The position numbers and the translations under genes were made by a program. A DNA stretch of 61,228 nucleotides, filler included, from Thelocarpon superellum (Eukaryota), in NCBI GenBank assembly GCA_026025795.1. It is 5 parts of 5 records of this genome, joined end to end, with 100 filler letters (N's around TTAATTAATTAA, not from the genome) between each part and the next. Parts side by side here need not be neighbours in the genome. Positions count along the whole stretch, not along the records: positions 12,433 to 24,753 come from JAPEUG010000488.1; positions 24,854 to 36,944 come from JAPEUG010000491.1; 3 more parts are not named here. One strand, 5' to 3'. Shown here piece after piece: positions 12,956 through 25,661 of the stretch. The notes below the pieces were generated by a model. It did not search any database. It saw only the letters and a list, made by a program, of their open reading frames with translations, and was not told the origin of the DNA. Each line of letters opens with the position of its first letter. The first letter of the stretch is position 1.

Positions 12956-12984
12956 TGTGTGTGTGTGTGTGTGTGTGTGTGTGT
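12956..12984. repeat. (TG)14 microsatellite
   Basis: Perfect dinucleotide run just upstream of the minus-strand ATG at 12947. Confidence 0.95.
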
Positions 12985-14945
12985 TGCGTGCCCGGATATC
13001 GAGGTTGTGGTGGTGGTAGTCTCGGATGGATGATGGGTACCCAGATGACGAGGCAGGGGTGCTTTGGGAGACTGGATGGATGCTTGAGAGCTTCGAGGAG
13101 TGTTTGATTAGATGAGGCTGTTTTCGTACCAATACAATACGATACAGATATGACGATGGTGGATGATGGATCAAGGGAAAACGAGAGAGAGAGGAGGGAG
13201 GGAGAGAGGGGAATAAGTCACCCAGAGCACGAGAGCAGGGGGAAAGCAGAGCCTGAGCTTAGCCACGAGAATGGGTTTGAGCTGCAGGCCACATCATCAA
13301 ACCTGCAATGAACGCATCCCAGGACTGGTCCCACCTTGCACTTTACAATCCCGCCACTGATCGAATCCGATGAGTTCTACGACGGCACAAGAAGCCAATC
13401 GCCGCTGTCGTCGTGTCTCCGATTTTGAGGTTACCCGCTCTCTCCTGCTCCTGCTGCTGCGCCTGCTCCTGCTCCCGACATCGATCCCGAGCTCCGTCGC
13501 CATCCACCGCCTCATTCTGCGTCGCTACGCGACGTACCCGTATAGGGCGTGACTACGTGCGGGCCGGTACGATGCGTGGACACGGCTTGAATCGTGCAGC
13601 AGTGCCTCGATTACAGGAGCAGCGCGACGTGATGCGGTCTCGTGGGCGGAGTTACGTCGAACCCATCCCATGGGCGCACAGCATTCAGCACCCGAGGCAC
13701 CGATGGATGGATAATGGATGGGTGGATGGATGGACAGCTGGCGAGTCTCATGCAGCTCGGAAGCATGATACCGCTGTAAATGTACTCGTGCTGGAACTGG
13801 TAGGAGAGAAACAGGGCGGATGCGGACCAACCAATAGGGTCTTCACTGTGGTTGACCTTTTCCCAGCCTACCCCTACAGTCCAGAATCGACTTTGCCAGC
13901 TTCGTGGGGTGGCTTGAGGGCAAGGGCACGGCAGGGCAGAGCTAGAAAGACGGAGTGGGGAAATTGGGTACGGGGGATGGCAGACAGGAGACGCAACGGG
14001 AAGAAACGAGGGACGTGACGTGCATACCGTGTATGGGTATCCGTCCACAAGCGCAGAGATTATCAGCGTCATGCATGCGCGTGTCCAACTATCCCATCTG
14101 CCGAATCGGATTTCAGGAACTCAATTGCAGTAGTCGAGTTCCCGACCGACAGCCACCCTCTGAGCGAGTATTGGTGGAAGAGAGGCATGAATGAGTGACG
14201 GACTGGTGGAGAAGTCTTGGTGAGTGTCCGCCACTCGCTTCCTCGCCCTAGGTTTGTGGCTGCGCTGGTTGGCTGATCTTTGACTGGGCCCTCCTTTCCC
14301 GATTGGATCCACGTGCTCAAGTGCGCTTCGTTCCGCCACAACCTGCCATCCCCTTGCACTCACTATGCATTTACGGGGTCAGAGATGCAATCAATCACTA
14401 CTACGATGCCACATCAGGTACAAGAGCAATCGTCACACCCACATGACGATGAGTGCCGTAGTGCTGACACGTATTTCGCGGAGTAAGCGAGATAGAGGGC
14501 AGATGGAAGAAAGGAGGGGAGAGGATTGCAGGCTCCGAGAAGTTACCGAACCCCCTCTGTGACTACCTCCTCGCAGGGCTTGCTCCCCACAGCAGAACCA
14601 TGGGCACTAGTAGACAATCGTTGTCTGCTGCAATTGGCTCCTTCTTTCACATTGGGCATTTACGTATGGAGTAGGGCAAGATGGGGGTGACGATGGCGCT
14701 GGTTGGGCTTCAATGACACCCTCAAACTCTCTTGGTCTCTGCTGCAATTGGACGCCATTCGCCATTCGCCGCTCGGTCTTCGTCATTCTTCACTCGCCAT
14801 TCATCGTTCGTCATTCACTACCCGTCACTGTCACTCCTCTCCTCGGATCTCTAGTTTAATCTAAGTCTCTAGTAGCCGTATCGGACTTTTGAAGTCCTTC
14901 TAGCATTCAATTTCGTCTATTCCTCATCCGGCCCGGACTTCAGCG

Positions 14946-17035
14946 CTAGAAGAACGACTTCGCACAAGCCCAAAGCCAGAGCACGCCCGCCGTGGCCAAT
15001 GGAATCGCCAACTCCATATTCAGCTGACCGTCCATCAAGCCAGTCATTGGACTATGCAGCAAGGTGGGCCAGAGGATGACGAGGCAAATTACAACATCAT
15101 ACGCATCGAGGAGGCCGGGGATGCCAAATGCAAGTCTCTGAGCGAGGAAGAGCCGGACCACCGTACGTCGATATACGCGTGACTCGTCACCAGGGAGCGT
15201 GGTAGCGACGAAAATGTCCAATGGCGAGAATGGTCGAGCGCGGATGTCATTTTTGATGGTCGGTACGATGGCGGAAGATTCGAGGGGAGAGATTTGTGGA
15301 TAATTCGGAGCGGGTGGGGCCATCCGAAGTCGCCGCATGAAATGCCACTGCCAGGTCTGAAGAGCCCCGCTGGAGGGTCTGTCCGAAGACTCCTCCAGGA
15401 GAAGAGGGAGAAAGTTCGCCGGTGTAACGGACACCGTCCTATTCTCCTCGCGGGCGCAAAGCATCTCCTTGTCAAATGCTTCGGAGCTATGAGCGTAATG
15501 AACAAAGCGGCTGAAGAAGGCTGGAGTCCCGATCTTGAACGTAACGTGCTGGATGTCCTTCGAGAATCCTGTGGATGCAATTGGGGACGAGAAGGAATCG
15601 CTCTGAAGACCGTAGCGGAGGGAGGTGAAGTACGTGATGATTCCCGGACTGGCGAGGCGTTGAACCTGATGTTGGAGGTACTTGCGGAAGAATGGTTCAA
15701 GCGTCCTGGGACACATGAGCGAGCCTTATGCGCATTGCGTCAAAGCTCACGTACCTCTCATCCGCCGTCTCTTCCCGCGCCAAGCTTAGGGCCTTTACTT
15801 CTGGTCGCAAGATCAACCGGATTCCTCGACTCCGTTTGATGAAAAGCTTCGCCGCTTCTCGGACGATCCGGGGGAAGGTAGCGAAGCCAACCCACCACCA
15901 GTCGGCGACGAATGTCAAGGTGGAGAAGCGGGTCATGGCGGCCGGGTCGATGGCCGGGTGAGTTGAGTAGATGTTGGCGACCAACGTTACTGGACCCTCG
16001 GCAGATCTTAAGGTGACCGAATTTCGGATCTTGGCAGGACCCGCCATCTTGGGTAACAGAGGATCCGAGGCAATCAATGAATAACTGCCATCCCTAGAAT
16101 TGAAAGGAGAAACGTGGAAATCCTTCGACCAAGAAGCTTTGAGCTTCAGAGGAACGTCGGCGAGACCACTTTCCGCATCGGTTGCCGACTTTGGCAAGAA
16201 ATACATCCGTCGCTCATCGAACGTGTTGTTGACTTCCAGGATGATGGCGCGAAACTCTCGGTCCTTGTCGTACAGATGCCAGAAGGACACCGGGTTGAAC
16301 GAATACCCTAGAAATCGCGGTGCCGTCACAAAGTAGGCATGCGGGTAATCGAGAGGGTTCACTCCCTGAAGCGATTAGTCGAGCAACACCAACACCAAGG
16401 AGGGTTTGATATGTGCTCACCATGGATCGAAGATACGAGTGAAGTCGTCCTTCCAGACCCTCGTTCACGTCTCCACGATTCAAATAATGCTCGGCTTCGA
16501 CACTAAACCACCCCTTCCGGCGATTTGGCCAAACGTCTTGCTGTCCCTTGTGTTCCGGAGCATGGGCATCGAGATCGATGGATAGAAGCCGCCCAACGGA
16601 GCCCTTCCAGCCGACTGGTATGCCCACGAGAAGGTAGGAGTAGGAGAAGCCGTGCCACGTTGGGACCAAACGGGTATGATCGGTCCGACTAGGCCAGAAG
16701 ACGGGACCCATGGAAGCGCCATCATCATGAGCGAGGCAGCCAGGTTTGGGCGCAGTAGACCGGGAGGAAGTCCATAGGAGAACGACGAGGAGTAGAAAAG
16801 CTCCGACCGACGCAGAGGAGATGATCTCATCACCACGAAAGGCGTCAAAGAGCGCCTCGAAGATGAAGGCTCGTGACGAACAAATGGCGGCGGCAAAGTA
16901 CAGCACCAGATCGCGCTGAAGATGGGATTTGGCCGTGACTGATTTGGCCAGCAGATGTCGCACCATCCAGAGTACCGAGGTTGCTGTCGCCATCCCCACG
17001 TCGGCCGAAATGAGGCTCCTCATCAGATCAATCAT
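14946..17035 (-). CDS. DUF1365 family protein; exons 17035-16421, 16365-15755, 15705-14946
   Basis: HGFSYSY, TAPRFLGYSFNPVSFW, EVNNTFDER, KDFHVSPFN motifs; two canonical introns; exact start uncertain. Confidence 0.85.
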
Positions 17036-17633
17036 CCTGAAGAGAGTCGCCCTATCAATAGGGTTGGAGTCGATTCAACCGACACTGTGGATGACGACAG
17101 AATGAAGTTGGGTCAGTGGCGTTGTATTTCATGACGACATTGGTATAAGTCCTGGAGACGCTCCTACTGCCCTGACAACTTCACACAGACCTTCACCGCG
17201 TTGATCTTCAAGAGGATCCATGAGCCCATCCATAGGTCGAGCATTCACTCGAGCCAGCTCGGAATTGCACTCCACCACTGATCTACGGGTGTAGGAAGAA
17301 GAGCAGTGAGGGCGGGCCACGAAAACAGCCGCGGTGTGGCGGAGGATCTCCCAGCGTCGGCGAGCCCGATGGCATCTTCCCGCATGCGGTACTAGCGCAT
17401 TCGTCTCCATCATCCACATAGCGAAGGGGCGAGGGAAGCGCGGCCAAGGATCCCTGAACCCTCCCAAGACTCATAACCAGGCCGCGCTTCAGCTGCATTC
17501 GACATCTCTCACACTCCCATCACATTATTATCTCACACTCTTTTCGGTCGCCCTCGTTATCCACACAAGCAACTCGACATCGTCATCAATACTGCTCACT
17601 AGTCATTCTCATCGTGTCGAGACGCTCTGGACG

Positions 17634-18145
17634 ATGGACGACTGGGACACCGTCACCAAGATTGGGAGCAAGACGGGTGGTGGTGGCGTGCAGCGAGAGA
17701 CGGTGGTGCGTGGCAAATCAGCGTTGAATGCGGCACAGCGAACAGGAGCCGTGATCGGGACGGAGAAGAAGTTTGGAGCCGGCAACTCGGTATGAGTCCA
17801 TTTTTTGCACAGAACCAGGCCATCTCTGAGTCAGGACAGGCGTCCAAGCCCGGTGTTGAAGGACAGCATCTCACCAAGGTTGACCGATCGGAAGACATCG
17901 TGAAGCCCAAGACGATCGGAACGGAAGTGGGGCAGGTGATCTCACGAGAACGGCAACGGGAGGGCCTGAAGCTGTCGCAGAAAGATCTCGCCACCAAATG
18001 CAACACGACGCAGTCCATCGTCGCCGACTTTGAGCGTGGGACGGCGGCGCCAGATCAGAAGGTTCTGGCAGCCATGGAGAAGGTCTTGGGAGTCAAGCTA
18101 CGGGGAAGTGACATCGGGGCACCGCGGTTCGGTAAGAAGCGATAG
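17634..18145 (+). CDS. MBF1: Multiprotein-bridging factor 1; exons 17634-17789, 17840-18145
   Basis: [11 protein letters not shown]...ALNAAQR..., [17 protein letters not shown] region [10 protein letters not shown]...ERG-A-PDQ...LGVKLRG. Confidence 0.96.
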
Positions 18146-18276
18146 AAAGTAGATGAGCCAAGACGAGCCGCCTGCTATAGATTGATGATTGTACCGGGGT
18201 GGCGAGCACTCACGTCTCACGATTCATGACGTCTCTTACAAAGCGCACACCCTCATCTCCAAGCTACCAAGACTTT

Positions 18277-18312
18277 CCACAGTATCCACAGTATCCACAG
18301 TATCCACAGTAT
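18277..18312. repeat. (CCACAGTAT)4 minisatellite between convergent MBF1 and IDP 3' ends
   Basis: Four perfect 9-mer copies. Confidence 0.9.
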
Positions 18313-18338
18313 CTACCCTGTCCCAATCGTAAAGTCAC

Positions 18339-20159
18339 TTACAGCTTCTCTCGCAGGTTGCGCTTCACCCGCCGATCAACCGCATCCATGTATTGCGTCG
18401 TGGTCACGTAGTCGTTCCGCTCCGTCTTGCCACACGCCAGCGCCAGATCCTTGGTCATGATGCCATCATCATCTACCACATCGATACACGCCTTTTCCAG
18501 ACTCTCGGCAAAGGCCACCACGTCGGGGGTATTGTCGAGAGTGCCGCGCTGGATCAGTCCACGGGTCCAGGCGAAGATGGAGGCGATTGGGTTCGTTGAC
18601 GTCTCCCGCCCCTTTTGGTGCTCGCGGTAATGACGCGTCACCGTCCCGTGCGCCGCCTCAGACTCAAAGGTCTTGCCATCGGGTGTGATAAGCACGGAGG
18701 TCATCAACCCCAGCGAACCAAACCCTTGGGCGACAATATCCGACTGGACGTCTCCGTCGTAATCTGATGACCGTCAGCTTCTGGTGCTCCTCGACCACCT
18801 GCGGTTCCGACATACTCTTCATGGCGATGATGAAACCTCCCGAGCTCTTGATCATCTGCGCCACCATGTCATCGATCAAGCGATGCTCATACCAGATGCC
18901 TTTCGCCTCGAATTCAGCACGATATGTGCTCTCGTAGATTTCTTGAAAGATGTCCTTGAATCGGCCGTCGTACTTCTTCAGTATGGTATTCTTGGTACTC
19001 ATATAGAGCGGCAAGGGCTTGCTCAGTGCCATCTTGAAGCTGGCGTGCGCAAAGCCGGTGATGGACTCATCCGTGTTGTATTGAGTTTGGGCCACGCCTC
19101 CACTTGGCGGAAAGTCAAAGACTTTGATCGTCTCGGGCTCACCCCCAATTGGTGTGAAAACCATCTCCAGTCGACCGGAACCCTTGGCGACATAGTCTTT
19201 TGCCCGATACTGATCGCCAAAGGCATGGCGGCCGATGATAATGGCCTTCTTCCAGCCCGGAACGAGACGGGGAATGCGCGGGATCACGATCGGCTCACGG
19301 AAGACGGTCCCTCCGCTGGAGATGTGTCAGAGGGATCCGGCGGCGGTGTGACGAGGACCTACAGGTGGTTGCGAATGGTTCCGTTGGGAGACAGCCACAC
19401 TGTTGCACATTAGCCTTGCCGCCTTCAAAAGCGATGACCGCAGCTTAAGCATACTCTGCTTTAGATTGAACTCCTTCACCCTGGCTTCGTCCGGGGTGAT
19501 GGTCGCGCATTTGACGCCCACGGAATATCTTTTGATCGCTTCAGCGGCATCGATGGTGACCTGATCATTGGTCTCGTCGCGATATTCCAAGCCCTTTGGG
19601 CCAGTTTAGCGATGCAGTTGGCCATCATATCGTGAATGCGCGGTACCAGATCATAGTATTTTAGGTCGATATCGAGGTACCTGAAGGAGATTTGGTAAAG
19701 TGGCGGCCGACGATGGCATCGGAGGTCACGCACGGATGAATAAACTAGGGAACGAGCATCAGAATCAGTCATGAGCTCGGCCTCATCCTATCGAATCACA
19801 TGCCTTGTCTTTGATATCCTTCCATATGATTCTCGTCATCTGATCCGGCCGAATGTGATGTTAGAATCTGCATCAGCCGGCAGTTCCCCACTGTCACACA
19901 TACCTCATCACCATCTAGCCTGTTCACAGAAGCAAAGCGAATCAGCATTGCTGAATTGCGCGGACGGAAGATCGAGGCAAGGGACTGACTCGACCACCGG
20001 CTCCTTGACCTTGATCTTCTTTACCATGGCCATTGTTCTTGCTTGTGCCCAGCAGGCGGTTATGCTGGAGCCTCGAAGGCGATATTGCGACTGTACGAGG
20101 GGGATGCGAGTCCACACGCCTCCGAAGCACGATGCCACGACACCCCGCACGGGCTGCAT
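18339..20159 (-). CDS. IDP1: NADP-dependent isocitrate dehydrogenase; 9 exons: 20159-19990, 19919-19904, 19839-19804, 19744-19734, 19680-19647, 19593-19455, 19399-19363, 19315-18816, 18763-18339
   Basis: [85 protein letters not shown]. Confidence 0.97.
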
Positions 20160-20734
20160 ACTTCCGAGTTCGAGAGAGACCCCCGAGGTTTAGGGCAGCA
20201 CGTTAGAGCTGGACGGGAAGGATGTAATGCACTGTGCTGCCGCTCATTCTCCGCCTCGATCCAGTCCTTTCCGAGACCGAGCCGCAACAGATTGGCCCAG
20301 AAGGGATACCGCCAATGATATGCACTCAGGTTATCGGAGAGCCATTGTCATCATCATACGAAGCACGAAGTACCACAAGCTCGGTTGAGACCTCGTGTGG
20401 CTTTGGCTAGAGAGCTCGACAGTGGCGTTGCAGCACAGCAGCCACGAGTACCGGGGGGGGCAATGATGCAGGCGAAAGAGCATTCACCCTGAGACGGAAG
20501 ATGCCGAACCATTGGATTTGCCGAGGCACAGCTACCGCACAAGTCGGTACGAGTATGGCAACGGTTCAAGAATCGAACGGAAGCTGATTCAATTTTCTAC
20601 AACCACTCGCCGATTCCATCATCAATGCCGTAGTCCGCGGAGAAGATGAAACCCTTCTCGGTGTTGAACCATCTCCTCGGTCTAAGAGCTCTCCAACATC
20701 TACTACATGTAAGTCCCACCGACTTTTAGCGCCT

Positions 20735-23700
20735 TCAGAAAAGACCATCAATTTCTCCCGTCTCAGCATCGACGTCGACGTTGAGATAGCCAGGGGCCGT
20801 GGGAAGGCCAGGAATGGTCTGGATATCAGCGGCTAGCGCATACCTATGGCGGATTAGCGACCCGTCTGAATGCAAAGGGGGATGGTTGTGAACACCACGC
20901 ACAGATAGCCGGCTCCCACGGCAAGTCGCACGTCGCGGATAGGAACCGTGAAGCCCGTTGGGGCGCCCTTGAGCGACGGATCATGGCTCAGGGAGTATTG
21001 TGTCTTGGCGATGCAGATGGGCAGATTCCCGAAGCCTTGTCGTGTATACGTATGCACCTTCTTCTGCGCCAGCTCGCTGAACTCGACCTTGTCCGCGCCG
21101 TACATGATCTTGCCAATCTTCTCGATCCTCTCTTGGACGCTGCCGTCGAGATCATAAAGCAAGCGGAAGTCCTTGGGCTGGGCGCTGGCGGAGATCACGC
21201 CATGGGCGAGGTCGATGGCCCCTTTCCCGCCCTCGGCCCAGTGATTGGCGGGGATGGCGTCCACCGCACCTGCCGCGAGGGCCTCTTCCCGCACCACTGT
21301 GATCTCGGCGTCGGTGTCGGTGGCCATCTTGTTGACGGCCACGACCACTGGCACGCCATACTTTCGTGCATTGGAGATGTGCTTGCGGAGGTTCACGCAG
21401 CCGCGCCGCAGTAGTTCGACGTCCTCGGTCCGATAGACCTCGTGCAAGGCAGCTCCAGGCGTGATCTCGGGCCCACCCCCGTGGACTTTCAGCGCCCGCA
21501 CCGTGGCGACAACCACAACGGTGTCGGGAACGAGGCCCGAGGAGCGGCACTTGATGTTGAAGAAACGCTCGCCACCCATAGTGAAATCGAAGCCCGCCTC
21601 CGTCACGACAAAGCCGGTCTTGGCGTCGTGATCCTCGTCCGCCTCCGTGCCGGCCAACTTGAGCGCCAGCTTATCGGCCAGCACGGAACTCGCGCCAATA
21701 CTGATGTTGGCAAATGGCCCGGCGTGGACGAAAACGGGAGTACCCTCGAGCGTCTGCATGAGATTGGGCTTGATCGCGTCCTTCATCAATGCTGTCAACG
21801 CACCACCTGCACCGAGATCGTCACACGTAACGGGGTCACCGCTCCGCGAAGTTGCGACCACCATTCGACCCAGTCGCTCACGCATGTCGCCCAGGTCGTT
21901 GCTGAGGGCCAGAATGGCCATGCACTCGCTCGCCACCGAGATGTCGAAGCCCGTCTCCCGCGTCATGCCCTTCTCCGTCGGCGCTTGGCCAATAGTGATC
22001 TTTCGCAGGTGCCGGTCGTTGACGTCCAGCACTCGCCGCCAGGTGATGGTCTCGGGGTCAATGTCTAGCCGAGCAAAGCGATGTATCTCATCCTCGGTCA
22101 GGTCGTCGGGATTGGTCTTGTCGATGCCCAATTTCTTCAGGCGTCGATACATGACCGGCACAAATTCGCGCTTCCCTTTCTTGGCCGGGACAAGACGCTT
22201 GTAGAGTGGCCCGTCTTTTTGCGTATTCTCGTGAAACATGCGCGTCTCAATGGCCGCCGCCAGCAGGTTATTGGCGGCGGTGATGGCGTGGATATCGCCC
22301 GTCAGATGAAGATTGAATTCGTCCATGGGAATGACCTGACTGTATCCGCCGCCCGCCGCGCCGCCCTTGATGCCAAATGTGGGCCCCTGACTGGGCTGGC
22401 GCACGTTGGCAAAAGCGACGCGGTTTAGATGCGCACCGAGAGCCTGCGTTAAGCCGACCGTGGTCGTCGATTTGCCCTCGCCAAGCGGCGTGGGAGTGAT
22501 GCCGGTGACAAGGATGTATCGTCCGTTGCGGCGATGTGACAGGCGAGAGAGGAGAGATAGGTCAACCTTGCCTTTGTACGCGCCGTAGGGCTCCAGCTCA
22601 TGGGAGGCAATTCCAATCTCCGTCGCGACCCGCGTGATTTGCTTCGGGTGCTGTGCACGGGAGACGGCGATGTCGGAGGGCACAGGCGTCTGCAGCTTTA
22701 GCGGTAAGGGAACGATTTCCCGGGCCTTCTGTCGCTCAAAGTAGGCCGTGGCCGCGTCAACGACATTGTTGAGGAGCATCGCGACCGTCATCGGTCCGAC
22801 TCCGCCGGGAACAGGAGTGATCTGAGAAGCCACGTCGATTGCACTATCGAAGTCGACGTCACCCACCAGACGTTGTCCGGACTTCCTGGTCTCGTCGGGA
22901 ATGTAGTTGGTGCCCACATCGATTACCACGGCTCCAGGCTTGAGCCATTCCCCCTGAACGGAATGGGGTTTGCCAATTGCCGCCACGACGATATCGGCCT
23001 GCTTCAGGAAGGCCGGGAGATTGTGCGTCTTGGAATGGCACACCGTGACCGTTGCGTCGGCGTTCTTCAGCAGGTAGCTGACCGGACTGCCAACAATATC
23101 ACTGCGCCCCAAGACAACGGCATTCTTACCCTTGAGGTCTACTCCACTCTCTTGAAGCAAGACCATGACGCCCTTGGGCGTACAGGGAATGAAGAGCGGC
23201 TGGCCGCCTCGTTTCGCGAGCTCACCGATGTTGACAGTGCCAAAGCCATCCACGTCTTTCTCGTCCGCCACGGCCGAAGTGATGGTATGTTCCGAGATGT
23301 GAGCCGGAAGCGGTAATTGGACCAGGACACCGTGGGTCGAGGGATCATGATTGAGCCGGGTAATGTGTTGCAGCAGCTCAGCCTCGGTGATCAAGCCGTC
23401 GTACTGCGCTAGATTGCAGATGATATCGGCCTGATGGTGTGTGCATATCAGCGGATGCTCTTCGGCTCGCATCAGATATGCTCTCACCTCTTCGGCAGCT
23501 TTCAATTTCATCCGAACATAGGTGCCTGTGATGCATAAGTCTGGGTAGTCAATGGGCCGGCGAATCAGCACACTGACTTGAGTCTGAACGGTCGCCCACT
23601 ACCAGGGAGGGATCATTAGCACTACCCGTGCCACAAGACGTGATGTTTCACCATCCTACCTTGAATGATGGTGAGCGAAGGCTTGTATCGTGGATTGTTC

Positions 23701-24113
23701 TCCTGCCGGGCTTTGACTTCAGTCCGCAATTTCTCACGGATGCCTTTCGCGATAGTAGTGCCGTCAATGGTGGAAGCTCCCATGGTGACGGTAGTGGTCG
23801 AGAATGACCTGACTTGCGGCGAGTGAAATTGAGGACAAGACGGCGGCCAGAGTTGATATCGTGATGCAAACGAGGGCCGGATGGGGGGCAGTGGCCTGCT
23901 TGACCAGAGGCTCTCAAGCTTTAGAGGATGACCGGCCTCTCCCGATGGATGATCCGCCTCCGGAACGGCTCTCGGGATCGCAAGAGGCGAGATGCAATCA
24001 CGCGGAGCGGCAGCGGACGACGAACGCAATTGGGTGGTGGGACCAAGTGTTACAGTTCGACGGATGAATCTAGATGTGGGGGGTATGCAGGCACGCCGCA
24101 CGGCTCGAGCCAT
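20735..24113 (-). CDS. ADE3: Trifunctional C1-tetrahydrofolate synthase; exons 24113(or 23783)-23660, 23598-23578, 23525-23488, 23430-20903, 20843-20735
   Basis: [84 protein letters not shown]-terminal GEIDGLF*. Confidence 0.97.
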
Positions 24114-24753
24114 TACCAGGGACGCGAGGGGACGAGGTGCAGCGGGGCGTCGAAGGTCGAAGAATCACCATCGTCACCGAGACCAGCCCGGATGTCATCT
24201 GTGTAAACACCACTGATTCCTACCCACGGCAGAAATGCTTCTTTGACCTCTAATCGGCGCTTTAGTTAACCCCTTGGCCATCGCGTGTCACTCCTTCGCT
24301 CACGGCCCAATTCTCGCCAAACGGCTTACTCATAATAGTCTCTGGTCGCATGAGTACCCGTAGGCCGAGTTGCGGGAGGAAGTGCGGGCTGGCCGGCCTA
24401 ACTCTATTCACAGGCCAGCGGGGCAGCGTGGGGCGAGAGGCGTGAGGCGGGTCATACTGGCGCCTGACGACCTGGACGAAAAATAGGACTGCTGTAGTGC
24501 GGCCGTGAAAGACCAGGAGAAATGATTCTACCGTGAGCGACCAAGTAACCGCTATTATTGGCTGGTGTGACTACACTTCACACTACGTCGCGAATTCGCG
24601 AGAATTCTCTAGCGGACGGTGCCCCTCCTCGATCCAGCACGACGAGGCTCTAGACCAGGTTGATAGCCATCTGACCGCGTTCGCATTCGCACTCGGTCGA
24701 TTAAAGGATGAGGCCCATCCTACTCCAAGGTCATGAGCGATCTCTGACCCAGA

Positions 24754-24853
24754 NNNNNNNNNNNNNNNNNNNNNNNNNNNNNNNNNNNNNNNNNNNNTTA
24801 ATTAATTAANNNNNNNNNNNNNNNNNNNNNNNNNNNNNNNNNNNNNNNNNNNN
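24754..24853. other. Artificial contig spacer
   Basis: 44 N + TTAATTAATTAA + 44 N. Confidence 0.99.
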
Positions 24854-25661
24854 CCACCCCACCACGCTTTTCCTCGTCCGAGTGCGCTGTCAGTGGTTGA
24901 CAAAGGTCAGCACCCTCCTCTGCACCCTCCTCTACCGGCTCGACGTAGATTAAGAGCGGATAGGCCACAGAGGTGCCGGGATGGGGGTGATGCATTAGAG
25001 TTCCCCGGGCTGACTTAAAGGCATCCTTCGACTCAGGGTACCTGGGTCGGCATCCACGCAGGACGCCCGCAGGCGCTTTGGCAGGTGCTGGATTGTAGAA
25101 CTTCCCAACCCACATTGGTAAGGTATCGGCAGCCATCCGCCGCGAACTACCCGGGCTAGCCACTCATGTTAGCCGCGCACCGCCGGCCGTCAACGTGGCT
25201 GCGCTGGCTCAGCACGGCTGTCCCACCACAATCCTACGGACGACATCCACATCTCGCACCCGCCACCTTCCACACCGAGAGCCTGCACAGGACTCATCCG
25301 CTTTTCACAAGCGACCCTCCACCCCACTCCACCACCCCCCGTTGATCATCTCAATGCCATCCTTCGCCCCCACCGCCCTTGACCCAACGTGCAGTCAAGA
25401 GTGCACGGGTACAGGATATGTCCAGGTCCCTTCCCAGATGTGCCTCATCTTCCATGTGTATGCCCGGTAGGAACCATGACTGGGATAGAGTTTGGTTGAC
25501 TGCCAGTCTCAGAACGCAGTATTGGATGTGCTTGCAACGTCAACGCTCTCTCACATGAATCTGGCGTGCCTTAAGAAGAGGATGCTCCTACGTCGCCCGT
25601 CGTGGACGTTAAACGTGGGTAAGTGTCACCATTCTCTCGGGCCTGGCCGACCTCTGCCAAC

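Noticed and set aside
14624..14751. 14-bp direct repeat TCTGCTGCAATTGG (14624 and 14738)
   Set aside because: Only two copies, no element between them and no associated gene start
24854..25500. Short ORFs at the start of contig 3 as a gene or transposon relic
   Set aside because: No recognisable domain, terminal repeat or codon bias
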